Shown: piece after piece, positions 40,213 to 53,391 of the stretch
Numbering within the stretch: position 1 is the stretch's first letter
Layout of the letters: each line of letters begins with the position of its first letter
Assembly: GCF_001194135.2 (NCBI RefSeq)
Contig: NC_068983.1
Coordinates: 102,776,371 to 102,840,370, forward strand
Length of the DNA stretch: 64,000 nt
Origin: Octopus bimaculoides
Lineage: Eukaryota
Direction: 5' to 3'
The notes under the pieces: model-generated
Databases searched by the model: none
The model's input: only the letters and a program-made list of their open reading frames with translations
What the model was told of the DNA's origin: nothing
Made by a program: the position numbers and the translations under genes

Positions 40213-41238
40213 TGCATAGATAAACACATAAATGATCAAAAACTTTAATTATCAGCCTCTATCATAAATCATATTCTACACACTACATAACCTGCCATAT
40301 CTTTATTGAGGTGGCAGTTACAAATTACACAGGAAGAACACAAAAGGAGTGCTATCTGTCAACAATAGCCCCCTCTCCCTTTCGGCTCATTTCCTTCTTA
40401 CTTTGGACATTACTGTGAGCTATTAAGTTATCATACAATATCGTTTTACAAATGAATATTTGGTTACACATTCAGTCAATAACTCTTGTATAAATAACAA
40501 ATTCTGCCTTTCATCCAGCACTGAGGATCATTGAAGATCATCAAATCACCCCATTTAATTTGAGATTAGTTACATCATCCCCTCACCTTCACGTACACAT
40601 ACGTGTGTGTGTTCATTTATTTGCTTTTCTGTCCATTTTGCCATGAACAGTATGAAGTAGATTAAATTTTTGCAGGCAGGTTTACTACAACTAGATGCCT
40701 TCCTGTTGCCCAATCCTTACTTGATTTCCAAGTAAGCTGGTTCTCAATTATTGAAAGCAACACTATGAGATTTTTACTTAACAGAGACTATAAACAAAGT
40801 TATATTTTTCACTCAAGTAGTGTTCATGAGTAGTGATATCTACATGCACGCACACACACGAACCTATCCACATGTAAAATGAGCAAGATTATGAGCTGAG
40901 ATAAACAAATAATATATATGAATTAGACAAGTAAACACATGGTAGAAAAGGGAAATGAAATGAAACTATAATAGTCAAAGAATATGCACAATGACAATAA
41001 TAAGGCTAAGAAAAGAATAAACGAGGATCTAAAATGTTGGGTTATACTCTTTATCAAAGAAAAAGAAAAAGTGATAAGAAAAGGAGGAGAAAAGAAATAG
41101 GAAGAATACCAAACTTTTGTATCTTATTTACATAGCAGACAAGGTATGAAAAGGATCAGAAATAAAGGGTACAGTCTGGATCACAGAGTAAGTGTAAGGA
41201 GAGAGCAAGAAAAAAAGGAGAAAGGAGAGAAAGAAAGT

Positions 41239-41289
<51 letters not shown>

Positions 41290-41696
41290 TCACTTTCTCT
41301 TTTTCTTTTGGTTTTGACATTGCAAAACAGTTGTAAATGAGTGACAATGTCATACAGGTAATGTCATTTTTTTCCCAATATTCTGCAAAAAAAAAAAAAA
41401 AAGGCCTGGTTATGGGAACAGATGAGGGTTGGCAAATAAGAAGGGTATCTAGCCGTAGAAAATCTGCCTCAGTGTAATCCATCCAACCCAGATAAGCAAG
41501 GGACAGGGGATGTTAAAATGATGATGATTATTATTATTATTATTGTTGTATGTATGTATGTATTATGTATGTATAAATGTATGCATGCATATATGTATGT
41601 AGATATGTATGTATAAGGGCATGCTGCAAAGTTAACTGGGGTCCCTCACAAGTGTAGAGACTTAATGCCAATTTATGTATGCTGTGGCTTGTATGA

Positions 41697-42083
41697 GTGG
41701 AGGCGCAATGGCCCAGTGGTTAGGGCAGCGGATTCGCGGTCATAGGATCGCAGTTTCGATTCCCAGACCGGGCGTTGTGAGTGTTTATTGAGCGAAAACA
41801 CCTAAAGCTCCATGAAGCTCCGGCAGGGGATGGTGGCGAATCCTGCTGCACTCTTTCACCACAACTTTTTCTCACTCTTTCTTCCTGTTTCTGTTGTGTC
41901 TGTAATTCAAAGGGTCAGCCTTGTCACACTGTGTCACGCTGAATATCTCCGAGAACTACGTTAAGGGTACACGTGTGTGTGGAGTGCTCAGCCACTTGCA
42001 CGTTAATTTCACGAGCAGGCTGTTCCGTTGATAGGACCAACTGGAACCCTCGGCGTCGTAAGCGACGGAGTGCCAACAACAAC
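41697..42083 (+). mobile_element. tRNA-derived SINE, family A, flanked by a 92-bp perfect direct repeat
   Basis: A box GCAATGGCCCAGTGG, B-box-like GTTTCGATTCCC, tail GGAGTGCCAACAACAAC; similar over its full length to 15702-16082. Confidence 0.88.
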
Positions 42084-42990
42084 ATGTATGTATAAGGGCA
42101 TGCTGCAAAGTTAACTGGGGTCCCTCACAAGTGTAGAGACTTAATGCCAATTTATGTATGCTGTGGCTTGTATGAAATGACCCCATTGTATTGCCTTGCC
42201 TAGTGACCTATGTATTACACTGTTAAGACATCCTATATAGTTATTGCCAAGTTTGGTGTCAGACAAGCAGGATTGATATGATGAAATCAAGGAGTCTTTT
42301 GCTGAGAGTTCAGCACTTTTTAAATATGTTAGTCAGAAAGAAAAGATAGCACCCATAATTGTTTCAAGGCCCCCATTGATGATACTGACATGGGGAATGC
42401 TGATCCTGAATATCTGCTGGTATATAGCAGTAGTGTAAAGATAATCACCCACTATGGTTTGATCACCTATGTTAGATATTTGGCTATCTAACTTAAGAAG
42501 CTGAAATGCTTTCTTATCTGTGCAGTTATAATTTCATTTCTAATTCATTATAAATGCCTAAGACTCTAAATAAAGACATTTAATTGAAATCTGCTTTAAA
42601 AAAAGAAGAAAAAATAGTAAATAGTAAACATTGGAAGGAAAAAATATTTTTGATTTATGATGTAAAGTATATCACAAAAGAGAAGGGTGCTTTTTTTTTA
42701 AACTATTTTTTATAGCTATTTTTGTTGCTGTTGTTGCATAATCCAATTTAAATTCAGTTATAACATTAGAGTTAAGAGAATGCCTGGACACAATTCAGTT
42801 GTGTGCTAATTATGACGAGACTTATTGACAAGTTTCAGCATAGGCACCGGCATGGCTGTGTGGTAAGAAGCTTGCTTCCTAACCACACGGTTCCAGGTTC
42901 AGTCCTACTGTATGGCACCTTGGGCAAGTATCTTCTACGATAAGCTTGGGCTGACCAAAGCCTTGTGAGTGGATTTGGTAGACAGAAACT

Positions 42991-43038
<48 letters not shown>

Positions 43039-44893
43039 CAATGTATGTATGTATGCATGTATGTATGCATGTACATCTTTGTGTCTGTGTTTGTACCCCC
43101 AATACTGCTTGACAACTAGTGTTGGTGTGGACCAATAGAATAAGTATCAGGCTTAAAAATATAAGTAGCGGAGTTGATCCATTGGTGCTGCAGTCAAGTG
43201 ACTGAAACAAGCAAAAAAAAAAACAGAAAATAAAAGATAATTCAAACTCTGATGGTCCTGGCTGGAACATATTTGATTATAAGATTGCCTGATCAAGATT
43301 TGACCTGGGGCTAAGCTATAAAAGTATTAGCAACAACAAATTTAAAAAATACAAGGCAAGGCTTAGTGACAGGAAAGCAGAAGTGCTTAACTACTGGTTA
43401 TATAATCCTGACATCAGTATTTGTTACAGCTTACTTTTAGACATGGTGTATCATACTCAGATTATCTGATTTTCTGAGTGACTCTAAATTTGATGAATTA
43501 ACCTATTCAACAGAACATGAATATAACTGCCTTAGTTCTTGTCAGGTTTGTTTACATATTTCTTATATCTTGAAAGAGTATATATGTGGTAGGAAGTTTG
43601 CTTCCTAACCACATAGTTCTCATTTCAGTCCCACTACTTGACACCTAGGGCAAGTGTCTTCTACTATAGCCTCAGGCCAACCAAAGCATTGTGAATGGAT
43701 TTGGAAGACAGAAATTGAAATGTATATATGGGGCTGGCCAGATTAGAGCAGTCTCAAGTGTAACCAGCCAAAACTGCTAGGACAATCTGGTACTTGACTG
43801 AAGATTGGAAGCTCCGAATGACCCGTCCTTGTTTTTTCCTATCCTTTTTTGTATCATCTAACTGTCCGAATGTTTTGTTGTCGCTTGTTACATTCTTGTT
43901 CCATTTTTTTTGTTTAGTTTTTATACATATATATGTGTGTGTGTAAGTGTGTCTGTGTTTGTCTCCCACCACTGCTTCACAACTGGTGTTAGCATGCTTA
44001 CATCCCAGTAACTTAGCGGTTCAGCAAAAGAAACTGATTGAATAAGCACAAGGCTTTCCAAATAATATAAAGCCCTATGGTTGATTTATTTGACTAAAAT
44101 TCTTCAAAACAGTGCCCCAGCATAAAAAAAAAGATATATTCTTACATCAGATTTTTAAAAAATAAATAGCAAAATATAAAGGAAAACTGTCAGAATCCTA
44201 TACTAAACAGTTCAGTATTTCTGCATCATGTTGTTTAACACCAGGGTTCATAGGTATTACAAAGCAGATCTATGATTAAATGTGTCACACCCATAACTAT
44301 CCTATTTTTTTAAAATCTATAACTATATCTGTATAATTTCTTTTTTAAGTTAGCAGAGTGTGATTTGAGGAAGATTGGGCTACAATTTATTTGTCTGTAC
44401 GAGTTTAATTTGGAAGGCTGAATAAATTTAATAATTTTCAATAATATCTAGCATAAATGTTTCATAATGTTAGCTTTCCAACTATGGAAGACGGGGCAGT
44501 ATTTATCGATTTTCCTTTGACAAGGCCAATTTTTATGTACAAAACCATTGTAATCAATTGAATGGGCTCACATACATTATTTTTAACTTATTTTATTGAC
44601 CTTATAGAGATAAAAGACAAAGTCGATTCCAAAGGAAATTTAAATTAACTGTAAATCACTGAACTAAAAGTAAAGATTCTATTCAACTCTCACCGCTTTC
44701 TATTACCTCCACCACCATCACCTTCATAAAATACAAATATTGCCAAAACTACTTTGAGTTGCCTTTCTGGAATCCTATTGAAAATATTTAATAATGGAAA
44801 CAAAGAGTGCTGACTGGAAAACCTAATAGTTATATTTCACATCAAGAACATGCAAGAGATAGGAAGATCAAACAGAGAAAGAAAACAGCTTAC

Positions 44894-45107
44894 TTGGAAC
44901 AATTGGATTTTTCAGTCACATACTCTTCATTGTTTGATAGCATTCCAATTTCAGAGAACTTTTCTGTTTTAATGTAGAATCCTTTAGGTAGCTCGTCCCA
45001 ACTATCAAATCGGATTCCACCACCAAGAGAATATGACCCTTTCGGACAGGGCAAACATTCTTGATTGCCTTGGATATCAAGGTACTGACCAGCTTTACAT
45101 GTATAGG
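44894..45107 (-). CDS. ELAPOR (KIAA1324-like): ELAPOR-like internal exon 2 of 8 ((S)[70 protein letters not shown])
   Basis: Acceptor ttttcag|CC; donor AA|gtaagc; 214 nt, phase 1 to 2. Contains the YSLGxGIRFDxWDELP family motif. Confidence 0.95.
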
Positions 45108-46466
45108 CTGAAAATGAAAATAATAAAAAAAAATAAAATAGGACAACATAAGTTATCAATCGTGGTGGTGATGATAGTGGTAGTGGCAAGAGAGCAGAAT
45201 TTTACAATAGTATTGTGTAAGTGATTACCAAACATTATATTCCTTAGAGTTGAAATCTTTTGCTATGCCTATCTCCTGTTGAAGAGTTTTCGTTCCTCAA
45301 GAGCAAAGGCTTAGAAAACTCAATTGGTCATCTCATAATCACCATGGTAATCTCTTATTTTCTATACAAAACCTGTTCGCATTTATATATTACATTCTAT
45401 TAGCATTTACTAGTTTTTAGAATGAAAATCTAAAGCAACCAAAATAAATAAAACACTTCAATGATTCTTTTGTTTGCAATATTGGAAATATTTGCCAAAT
45501 TTAACTTCATACAAAAGAAGAAAATTCAGAATCTATTTATTCCAGGCTTTCATCAAAGAAAAAATTGTAAAGCACACACTGTTGATCAGAGTAGATTTTT
45601 CAAATAAGATAAATTAATTTTTTAATCTATTTTTAAAAATTGATCATTAAAACAGCGTAGAAAGGAGAATTTCAAAATTAGATTTCAATTCTGCCATTCT
45701 TCTGCCTTGTATATTAAAGCCAGCTCCTCCTCACATTTCAGCCTTCTTCATCAATTTTATTAGTTTTTATTCATCATAATCACCATTATCATTTAAGAAT
45801 TGTTTTCTATACTGGCATGTGTTGGATGGCTTGACAAAGTCTGATAAGCTGCAGACCTATGTCAGGCTCCAATATCAGCTTTGGCAATGTTTCTATGGCT
45901 GGATACCCTTCCTATTCACTTTACAGGGTATACCGGGAGCTGTTTTTGCAGCACAAGCATCAGTGAGGCAGCCAAGTAACATGCAAGATAACATAAAGAA
46001 AGGAAAATGCTCTCTCAACTGAGTTGGAGTGTATTTGAGAGAAGAGGAGATGGCTTTATGTGAGGTGTTGAAGGCTAAAATATGCTAGAGTGACAAGCCA
46101 GGTGTCCTACCAGAGAGAAGATACGCAGTTTCTCAACATTATGCAAGAATGAGTGAGAGCAACAGGAAGAGAGATAAAGATAGTGGCGACAGGGCAAACT
46201 CACATCATCATCACCATGTGCCAGGTTGGAAAACAAGAGTTGCTTATCTGAACATTTTCTCCTTTTCTGGCTTCCACTTCATGAAGCAAAGATTGTAAAT
46301 ATGAGGTAAGGAATCTGAAGGGATCTAATTTATAGGGGGTGAGGGGAGCAGAAGTAATATTCTCATATTGGCAAAAATGGCGAACAGCAAAACACTATTG
46401 CTGCCCTGCTCCCTAGCTAAAGGTGTTTATAAGTGCTTATTTGGTTTAACAAACAATACTACAAGT

Positions 46467-46920
46467 GAGACCCAGGAAGGCGTGGGACGAAATGGTGAGA
46501 AAAGATCCTCAGACACTGGGACTCACTGAAGAAATGACAAGGGACTAGATGTGGCAATTTGTTGTACTTGATAAGACACGTCAAGCTAATTAAAATCACT
46601 GTCTTCTACATATACAGGCTTATCCCCTCAGGTGCCAGTGCCACTTTAAGAGCATGTCGGTGCTGCATTAATGCACACATGCCAGTGCTGCGTAAATGCA
46701 CACATGCCAGTGCTGCATAAGCACATGCATGACGGTGACACATAAAAAGCACCCAACACACCCTGTTAAGTGGTTGGCATTAGGAAGGGCATCCAGCCAT
46801 AGAAACCGTGCGACAATAGACAACTGGCGTCTGGACAGCTCCATGCTAGCCAGCTCCATGTCATACCATCAAACCCATGCCAGCATGAAGGCCGGAAATT
46901 AAATGATGATGATGATGATG
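46467..46920 (+). mobile_element. 5'-truncated RTE LINE 3' end with internal ~20-23-bp tandem repeats
   Basis: GAGACCCAGGAAGG start, TGCCAGTGCTGC...AATGCACACA repeats, shared UTR, (GAT)n tail. Confidence 0.75.
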
Positions 46921-47278
46921 AAGTGAATTCATATCACTTCTTTATATCTGAATTCCAGTTGAAAGAGCATGAATTACAAATGGAGATTTCTCCAATATCG
47001 GACAAACAAACATAGAAATGAAGAAAATAACATGTATTGCTTTCTCTCTAGATATCAGTGCAAAGGTAGTGGAGTGGTTGCGGACAATCAAATAAACCTT
47101 CACAAATTTCAGAAGAGAGGTCAACCGAACAGCTCATCTTTAAAACCGTAGTTAGCTTTTAAGTCTGTTCAGAATATATTCCCATATTGAAAGCAAGTTA
47201 CTATTTGTTCTAGAAAAACAGCAATCGTTCAAATTCGTTTCCTTTATTTATTTTTTTTTTTTGCTTTAAAAAAAATTA

Positions 47279-47679
47279 CCAGGAGTGGCTGTGTGGTAAG
47301 TAGCTTGCTTACCAACCACATGGTTCTGGATTCAGTCCCACTGCGTGGCACCTTGGGCAAGTGTCTTCTACTATAGCCTCGGGCCGACCAAAGCCTTGAG
47401 TGGATTTGGTAGATGGAAATTAAAGAAGCCCGTCGTATATATGTATATATATGTATGTGTGTGTATGTGTTTGTGTGTCTGTGTTTGTCCCCCCAACATC
47501 GCTTGACAATCAATGCTGGTGTGTTTACGTCCCCGTAACTTAGCGGTTCGGCAAAAGAGATCGATAGAATAAGTACTAGGCTTCCAAAGAATAAGTACAG
47601 GGGTCGATTTGCTTGACTAAAGGCGGTGCTCCAGCATGGCCGCAGTCAAATGACTGAAACAAGTAAAAGAGTAAAAGAG
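47279..47679 (+). mobile_element. tRNA-derived SINE, family B (CORE-like CACCTTGGGCAAGTG block, internal (TA/TG)n, (GTAAAAGA)n tail)
   Basis: Full-length copy. Further copies at 13553-13941(-), 42843-43225(+), 55535-55934(-), ~14905-15095(+, 3' half), ~18110-18490(-), ~25790-26045(-), ~34040-34885(+). Confidence 0.85.
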
Positions 47680-49026
47680 ATCATTCAATAGTAATGAAAA
47701 CAGATTAAGTTAGAGGTGATGATCTAGGATCAAAATCAAGAATGTTTTAAATCTGTTCTCTTTTTTTTTTAACTATAAAATGAATGTTAAACTAAAGATG
47801 TAACCAAGAGTAATTCTAGATAATGTAAAACAGGTGAAATAAGTTTATACAGGTGCTTGATTATTTATTGCTTATACAACTTCCTAAACTTGTCTCTAAT
47901 CTTCGTAGGCTGACTGAACAAAGAGGACATTGACACATGCATATAAAAAGAGACACACATACCACACACTGTCACACAAACACAACAGTAAACATCTTTT
48001 TACCTTTTATTATTAACTTGTTTCAGCCACTGAACTGTGGCCATACTGGGGCACAACCTTGAAGGGTTTTAGTCAAACAAATCACCCCCAGTACTTATAT
48101 TTTAAGTTTGGTACTTATTGTAGTTGTCTCTTTTGCCAAACCACTAAGTGACAGAACAAAAACAAACTAAGACAAAGGTAGTTAAATGGTGGTGGGGCTA
48201 AACACAAGCATACAGACACGCATGTACATACATATACATATGTATATAGATGTATATATCATCATCATCATCATCATCGTTTAACGTCCGCTTTCCATGC
48301 TAGCATGGGTTGGACGATTTGACTGAGGACTGGTGAACCAGATGACTACACAAGGCTCCAATCTGATTTGGCAGTTTCTACAGCTGGATGCCCTTCCTAA
48401 CGCCAAACACTTCGAGAGTGTAGTGGGTGCTTTTATGTGCCACCGGCACAAAGGCCAGTCGGGAGGTACTGGCAACGGCCACGCTCGAAATGGTGTATTT
48501 TACGTGCCACCTGCACAGGAGCCAGTCCAGCGGTACTGGCAACGAACTCGTTCAAATGTCTTTTCACGTGCCACATACATATATATACATATATATATCT
48601 ACACACACACACACATATATGTATACATGTGTGTGTGTGTGTATGTGTGTGCGTGAAAACTCATGGTGTGTTTCCAGACAGTTTCTGCTTTCTGCCTACC
48701 AAATTCACTCCCATGGCATTGATCAGCCCAGGGCTATAATATGAAACACTTTCCCATATGCCACACAATGGGACTAATCAGGAATTAAAGGTTGCAGCAC
48801 AAGCTTCTAAACCACAGTCATTGCCAACATCTATAATATTTAAAAGANNNNNNNNNNNNNNNNNNNNNNNNNNNNNNNNNNNNNNNNNNNNNNNNNNNNN
48901 NNNNNNNNNNNNNNNNNNNNNNNNNNNNNNNNNNNNNNNNNNNNNNNNNNNNNNNNNNNNNNNNNNNNNNNNNNNNNNNNNNNNNNNNNNNNNNNNNNNN
49001 NNNNNNNNNNNNNNNNNNNNNNNNNN

Positions 49027-49085
<59 letters not shown>

Positions 49086-50429
49086 TATATCTACACACAC
49101 ACACACATATATGTATACATGTGTGTGTGTGTGTATGTGTGTGCGTGAAAACTCATGGTGTGTTTCCAGACAGTTTCTGCTTTCTGCCTACCAAATTCAC
49201 TCCCATGGCATTGATCAGCCCAGGGCTATAATATGAAACACTTTCCCATATGCCACACAATGGGACTAATCAGGAATTAAAGGTTGCAGCACAAGCTTCT
49301 AAACCACAGTCATTGCCAACATCTATAATATTTAAAAGAAAAAAAAAACAACAAAAGTATAACACTGGTTTCTTTAAGGAAACTGTGGACGATAACAATC
49401 TGTGTGAGAGCGTATGGATAACAAAATGTACAGTTCAGTGAAGACTATTCACAATAATTTCACAAGACAGAACAATATCTTCTACAGAAAAAGAGATATT
49501 GATCATTTTTTTGCTTTTCACAATGAAGTAATTCCCAAGCTTCAAAAACATGCCTCTCTTTATTTAGTAGTGCAGAACAACTATGCTAAATAGAAGACCA
49601 CACTTTAGATATGAAGATAGCAATGAATAGAATAAGAAGCCCAATCTTATGACAAAGCCTCTACTGATTGCTCAGTCTGCAAGAAACAGCAGCCAGATCT
49701 CTCTCTGAAATCATACCTTACTTTCTTAAACAAAGAACATATCAGATAATGTAGACCAACGTAACCCTAATACAACAAAATTGAATGCTTTTAATCATAG
49801 GTCTGCTCAATCAGGATTCACCCAGGATGAAACAACACAAGCACAGCAAGACCAACTGATGGAATATATCCTAGAATATATCCTAGGTCCATATAGCAAA
49901 AACTTGTCTTTGCATTTACTAAATTTGCTCAAATTTACCTACATCTATCGCATATCACTTCAAATAACCTCTAATTTAATTCATTTTATTTCACCAACAA
50001 ATAGACCCTCCAAAAAACCTTTAACTATCAAGAAACTATCTAACTCTTCAATACTTTCAAATCCATTCCTCTGCCAACTACACTGAATTTTATCTACAGC
50101 CTTTTGCCAACCAAATCTTTCAATGATAATTTTAAATGTATGCCCAGAAAAGAAAATCCATCATTCACCAATTGTCCACGTATTTTTAGAGATATTCAAA
50201 GTTCTTATTAATATCATTATTTATTAATTTATTGCTCTCTCTTTTTGATACTGAAATGATTTTTGTTGCATTGCTTTATTGTTGTATGTACCTTGCCTTA
50301 CAGAAGACATCCAATTAGACTTACAAGGGTTAAACAAAACCCACTAATTTATATTCACATTCAAACAACCCAAATTTGGAGGCTCCAATGGAATCCTCAA
50401 CACAAGAGGAGAGAAAAAATTTGGATTGA

Positions 50430-51310
50430 AAATGAGGACATGCAAATCTTACCTGCAAGGCAAATGTTGGCATGGGGAAGACAGTACAACCTGCTAGTTT
50501 GCTTACCCGAGACCTCACCAAAACTGCAGGGGCCTTAAGGAGAAATACTTCCCAGAGGAGAGGCACCAATCATCTCCAAAGAGAAAGTATGTAGATGCAG
50601 TGCACTCTTCAAGTGTTATATAAAAGGCAGCAGCTAAGCAAGAGTCTTTTTTGCGCATGGTACAAAAGATTGTGCAGCAGCTGACCTGGTTATATCAAGC
50701 GCAAACACAGAACCATGCCCACCACTGCACATGACCACCACAATCAACAGACACAGGATGGCCTCCCCTAATGTTAGCACAGTCGTCACGCCAATATTTT
50801 TACTAAATATTGGAGGCCTGTTGTATCACAACAACAAAAGCAAAATCTTTTTCCTGAGAGACTTTGCTGTATGCAATCAAACCCTATGCACAGCATTCAT
50901 GGAAACTCATCTGAGGCCTGATATAAAGGATGCAGGAGTACACATACCAAAATATACCATACAGCGAACAGACAGAAAGGAAAGGAGCTATGGTAGAGTT
51001 GCTGTGTACATTTGTGAAGACCTCACACACCAGATCGTACTGTCATACTCAAATTCAGTATGTGACACTCTTGTATACATAAGACAACACAATATAGTCA
51101 TGTTCAATACATATTGCCCACCGGATGCTCCAAACCACATGAGCAAATTTGAAGATTGCCTCACAAGAATAAAAGAAACCCTCATGAAACTGGAACATTA
51201 CATGAGTGTGTTTCTTATGGGTGATTTTAACTTCCCCAGTGTCAAATGGCCTGAGAGCCTCATGCTGTCAGGAATGACTCATTGCAAACAAGTACAGGTG
51301 GAGTCCCTGC
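50430..51310 (+). mobile_element. CR1/L2-group LINE 5' part: decayed ORF1 CCCH-like zinc finger followed by AP-endonuclease domain
   Basis: CKSYLQGKCWHGEDSTTC*FAYP at ~50441. The ORF from 50731 has LNIGGL...ETHL...RTDRK...GRVAVY...LMGDFNFP (APE motifs) and is cut by (TA)n and a gap. Confidence 0.8.
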
Positions 51311-51316
51311 ATATAC

Positions 51317-51366
<50 letters not shown>

Positions 51367-52925
51367 NNNNNNNNNNNNNNNNNNNNNNNNNNNNNNNNNN
51401 NNNNNNNNNNNNNNNNNNNNNNNNNNNNNNNNNNNNNNNNNNNNNNNNNNNNNNNNNNNNNNNNNNNNNNNNNNNNNNNNNNNNNNNNNNNNNNNNNNNN
51501 NNNNNNNNNNNNNNNNNNNNNNNNNNNNNNNNNNNNNNNNNNNNNNNNNNNNNNNNNNNNNNNNNNNNNNNNNNNNNNNNNNNNNNNNNNNNNNNNNNNN
51601 NNNNNNNNNNNNNNNNNNNNNNNNNNNNNNNNNNNNNNNNNNNNNNNNNNNNNNNNNNNNNNNNNNNNNNNNNNNNNNNNNNNNNNNNNNNNNNNNNNNN
51701 NNNNNNNNNNNNNNNNNNNNNNNNNNNNNNNNNNNNNNNNNNNNNNNNNNNNNNNNNNNTTATTTGCTTTTTTCTTTTTAAATTTGCTGTTTTACCCTAA
51801 CCCTAGCCTATAATAGAAAGGTTTATTAGCTACTGCCAATATGCTTCAGCCATTTTTTGACAAGGAAATAATAATTTTATCACCGATAGAATTGTTTCAG
51901 AATCGTTTGTTTATGTAGTCAGCACTTAATGTATATCGGCTGAATGGACGTCAGTGATTAGTTGAAATTACAGAAATACGACAACTTTAACATGGAATAA
52001 CTTAAGGATTTCTTTTTTTTTTAAGAAGACTAAGAGAAAAAGATGTTTTATATGACACATTCTACCAGTGTTCCAAGTTTCAAAGTGTTTCGTTAAGAAA
52101 ATACTGTGGCCCCCGTTTTAAAATAGATCCGAAAAATTAATAGAAATCTTACAAACCATGCAAACAATGTCCCCTTCATGAGGAAAGATATCGTCATAAA
52201 ATTACATTCTTGACACATTTTTGGTTTTATTTTTAATTACAATCAAGGAGTACACCCAGAGGAGATGATACAAAACATGTGTCGATAAAAATGGATGAGA
52301 TTTACAAAAAATGAACATTTAAAAAAATTAATGGAAAATATAACATATGTTTTAGACAAACAAAAGGACAATGCAATGAAGTGGGGACGAGTTCGGCTCT
52401 GACCCCACAAGCCCCGTTCAACCACTGAGACCTTTTATTTTTTCTTCGTTGTTTACATTTAAGTCTAGCCATTCATACCCAGCATTCATACCATTTTCTT
52501 CCATCTATTGTTATATGTTGTAGGCAACAGATATCTCCTCTCCAGGAGTATTTTTCTTTTGACATGGGAAACAAAGAATGTTACCAAACCCCCAGCTGGA
52601 GATGAAGACACGTGTTGCTACTCCTTCCAAACAAGACTTCCATACTGCCTCTTTCGCCATAGCGATCACAACAAGAAAACAAACCTTTTCTTCCTAGTTA
52701 AAAGAAGATGGCGAAATAATCTTAATGATTGATTCAGATGACAGCTGTACTCTTCCAAGACAGGACACCAGATGTTCGACATAAACCCACAATTCCTAGA
52801 TTTTCAGACATTGTACGAAAGCATGCAGGACCGTTTCTCTGTCCTGCTCACATCTTGGAGAAGTGGGCATTCACTAACCTCCATGCCTTGTGAGTTTATC
52901 ATGAACAGGTAAGGCTCTACATTAT

Positions 52926-53007
52926 TATATTTAAGAGATAAGGAATTATGTACATTATTTACATTTGACGGATATTTGTCCTCATCTTGTTTGTTGTTAA
53001 CACAACA
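52926..53007 (-). mobile_element. 3' fragment of the 60006-60297 element
   Basis: Reverse complement TGTTGTGTTAACAACAAACAAGATGAGGACAAATATCCGTCAAATGTAAATAATGTACATAATTCC matches 60210-60292. Confidence 0.85.
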
Positions 53008-53030
53008 GTAAAGTGCTTTACTTATAAATA

Positions 53031-53067
<37 letters not shown>

Positions 53068-53070
<3 letters not shown>

Positions 53071-53330
53071 TCCCAAATGACCTAACAGACCTGCATGGGG
53101 TGGACGTAGGTGTCTTCAAAATAAAGCTGGACTTCTTACTATCAAGTGTCCCAGAGGAGCCAACTTCGCGGCAGGAGGTGCACATGAGGGCAGCAGCATC
53201 AAACTCCCACATGCACAAAATGTCGATTTCCAAAAAGCATTTGTGAAGTAAAATTAGGAAACAACACCAAATGGCTGTGCCCCAGCATGGCCACAGCCCA
53301 TGAGCTAAAACTAGATCAAATCAAATCAAA
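53068..53330 (+). mobile_element. CR1/L2-group LINE extreme 3' end with 3'-UTR stem-loop and (TCAAA)n tail
   Basis: ILPNDLTDLHGVDVGVFKIKLDFLLSSVPEEP...RAAASNS reading; GGCTGTG...CACAGCC hairpin at 53273-53298; short repeat tail. Confidence 0.7.
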
Positions 53331-53391
53331 CCAAAACATATATAAATATATATATATATATTGTGTTGTCCGGAAAGTTCATGCCGATTTA

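Noticed and set aside
41697-41770. tRNA-like sequences (also 60006-60070, 47279-47350, 38770-38835)
   Set aside because: A/B boxes are present, but there is no complete cloverleaf with a paired acceptor stem, and each continues into a SINE body.
48593-49339. Identical ~255-bp segments on both sides of an N-gap (offset 492 bp); similar short echo around the 62762-62913 gap
   Set aside because: Exact identity ending at the gap edge is the signature of unmerged contig overlaps, not a biological duplication.
51792-51810. TTACCCTAACCCTAGCCTA telomere-like hexamers
   Set aside because: Only 2-3 imperfect units; too short to call an interstitial telomeric site.
52524-52908. Higher-complexity segment bounded by plus-strand TAG| and CAG|GTAAGG splice-like sites (possible antisense exon)
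   Set aside because: All three frames contain stops and no recognisable domain; most likely a decayed transposon fragment. Needs RNA-seq to reconsider.
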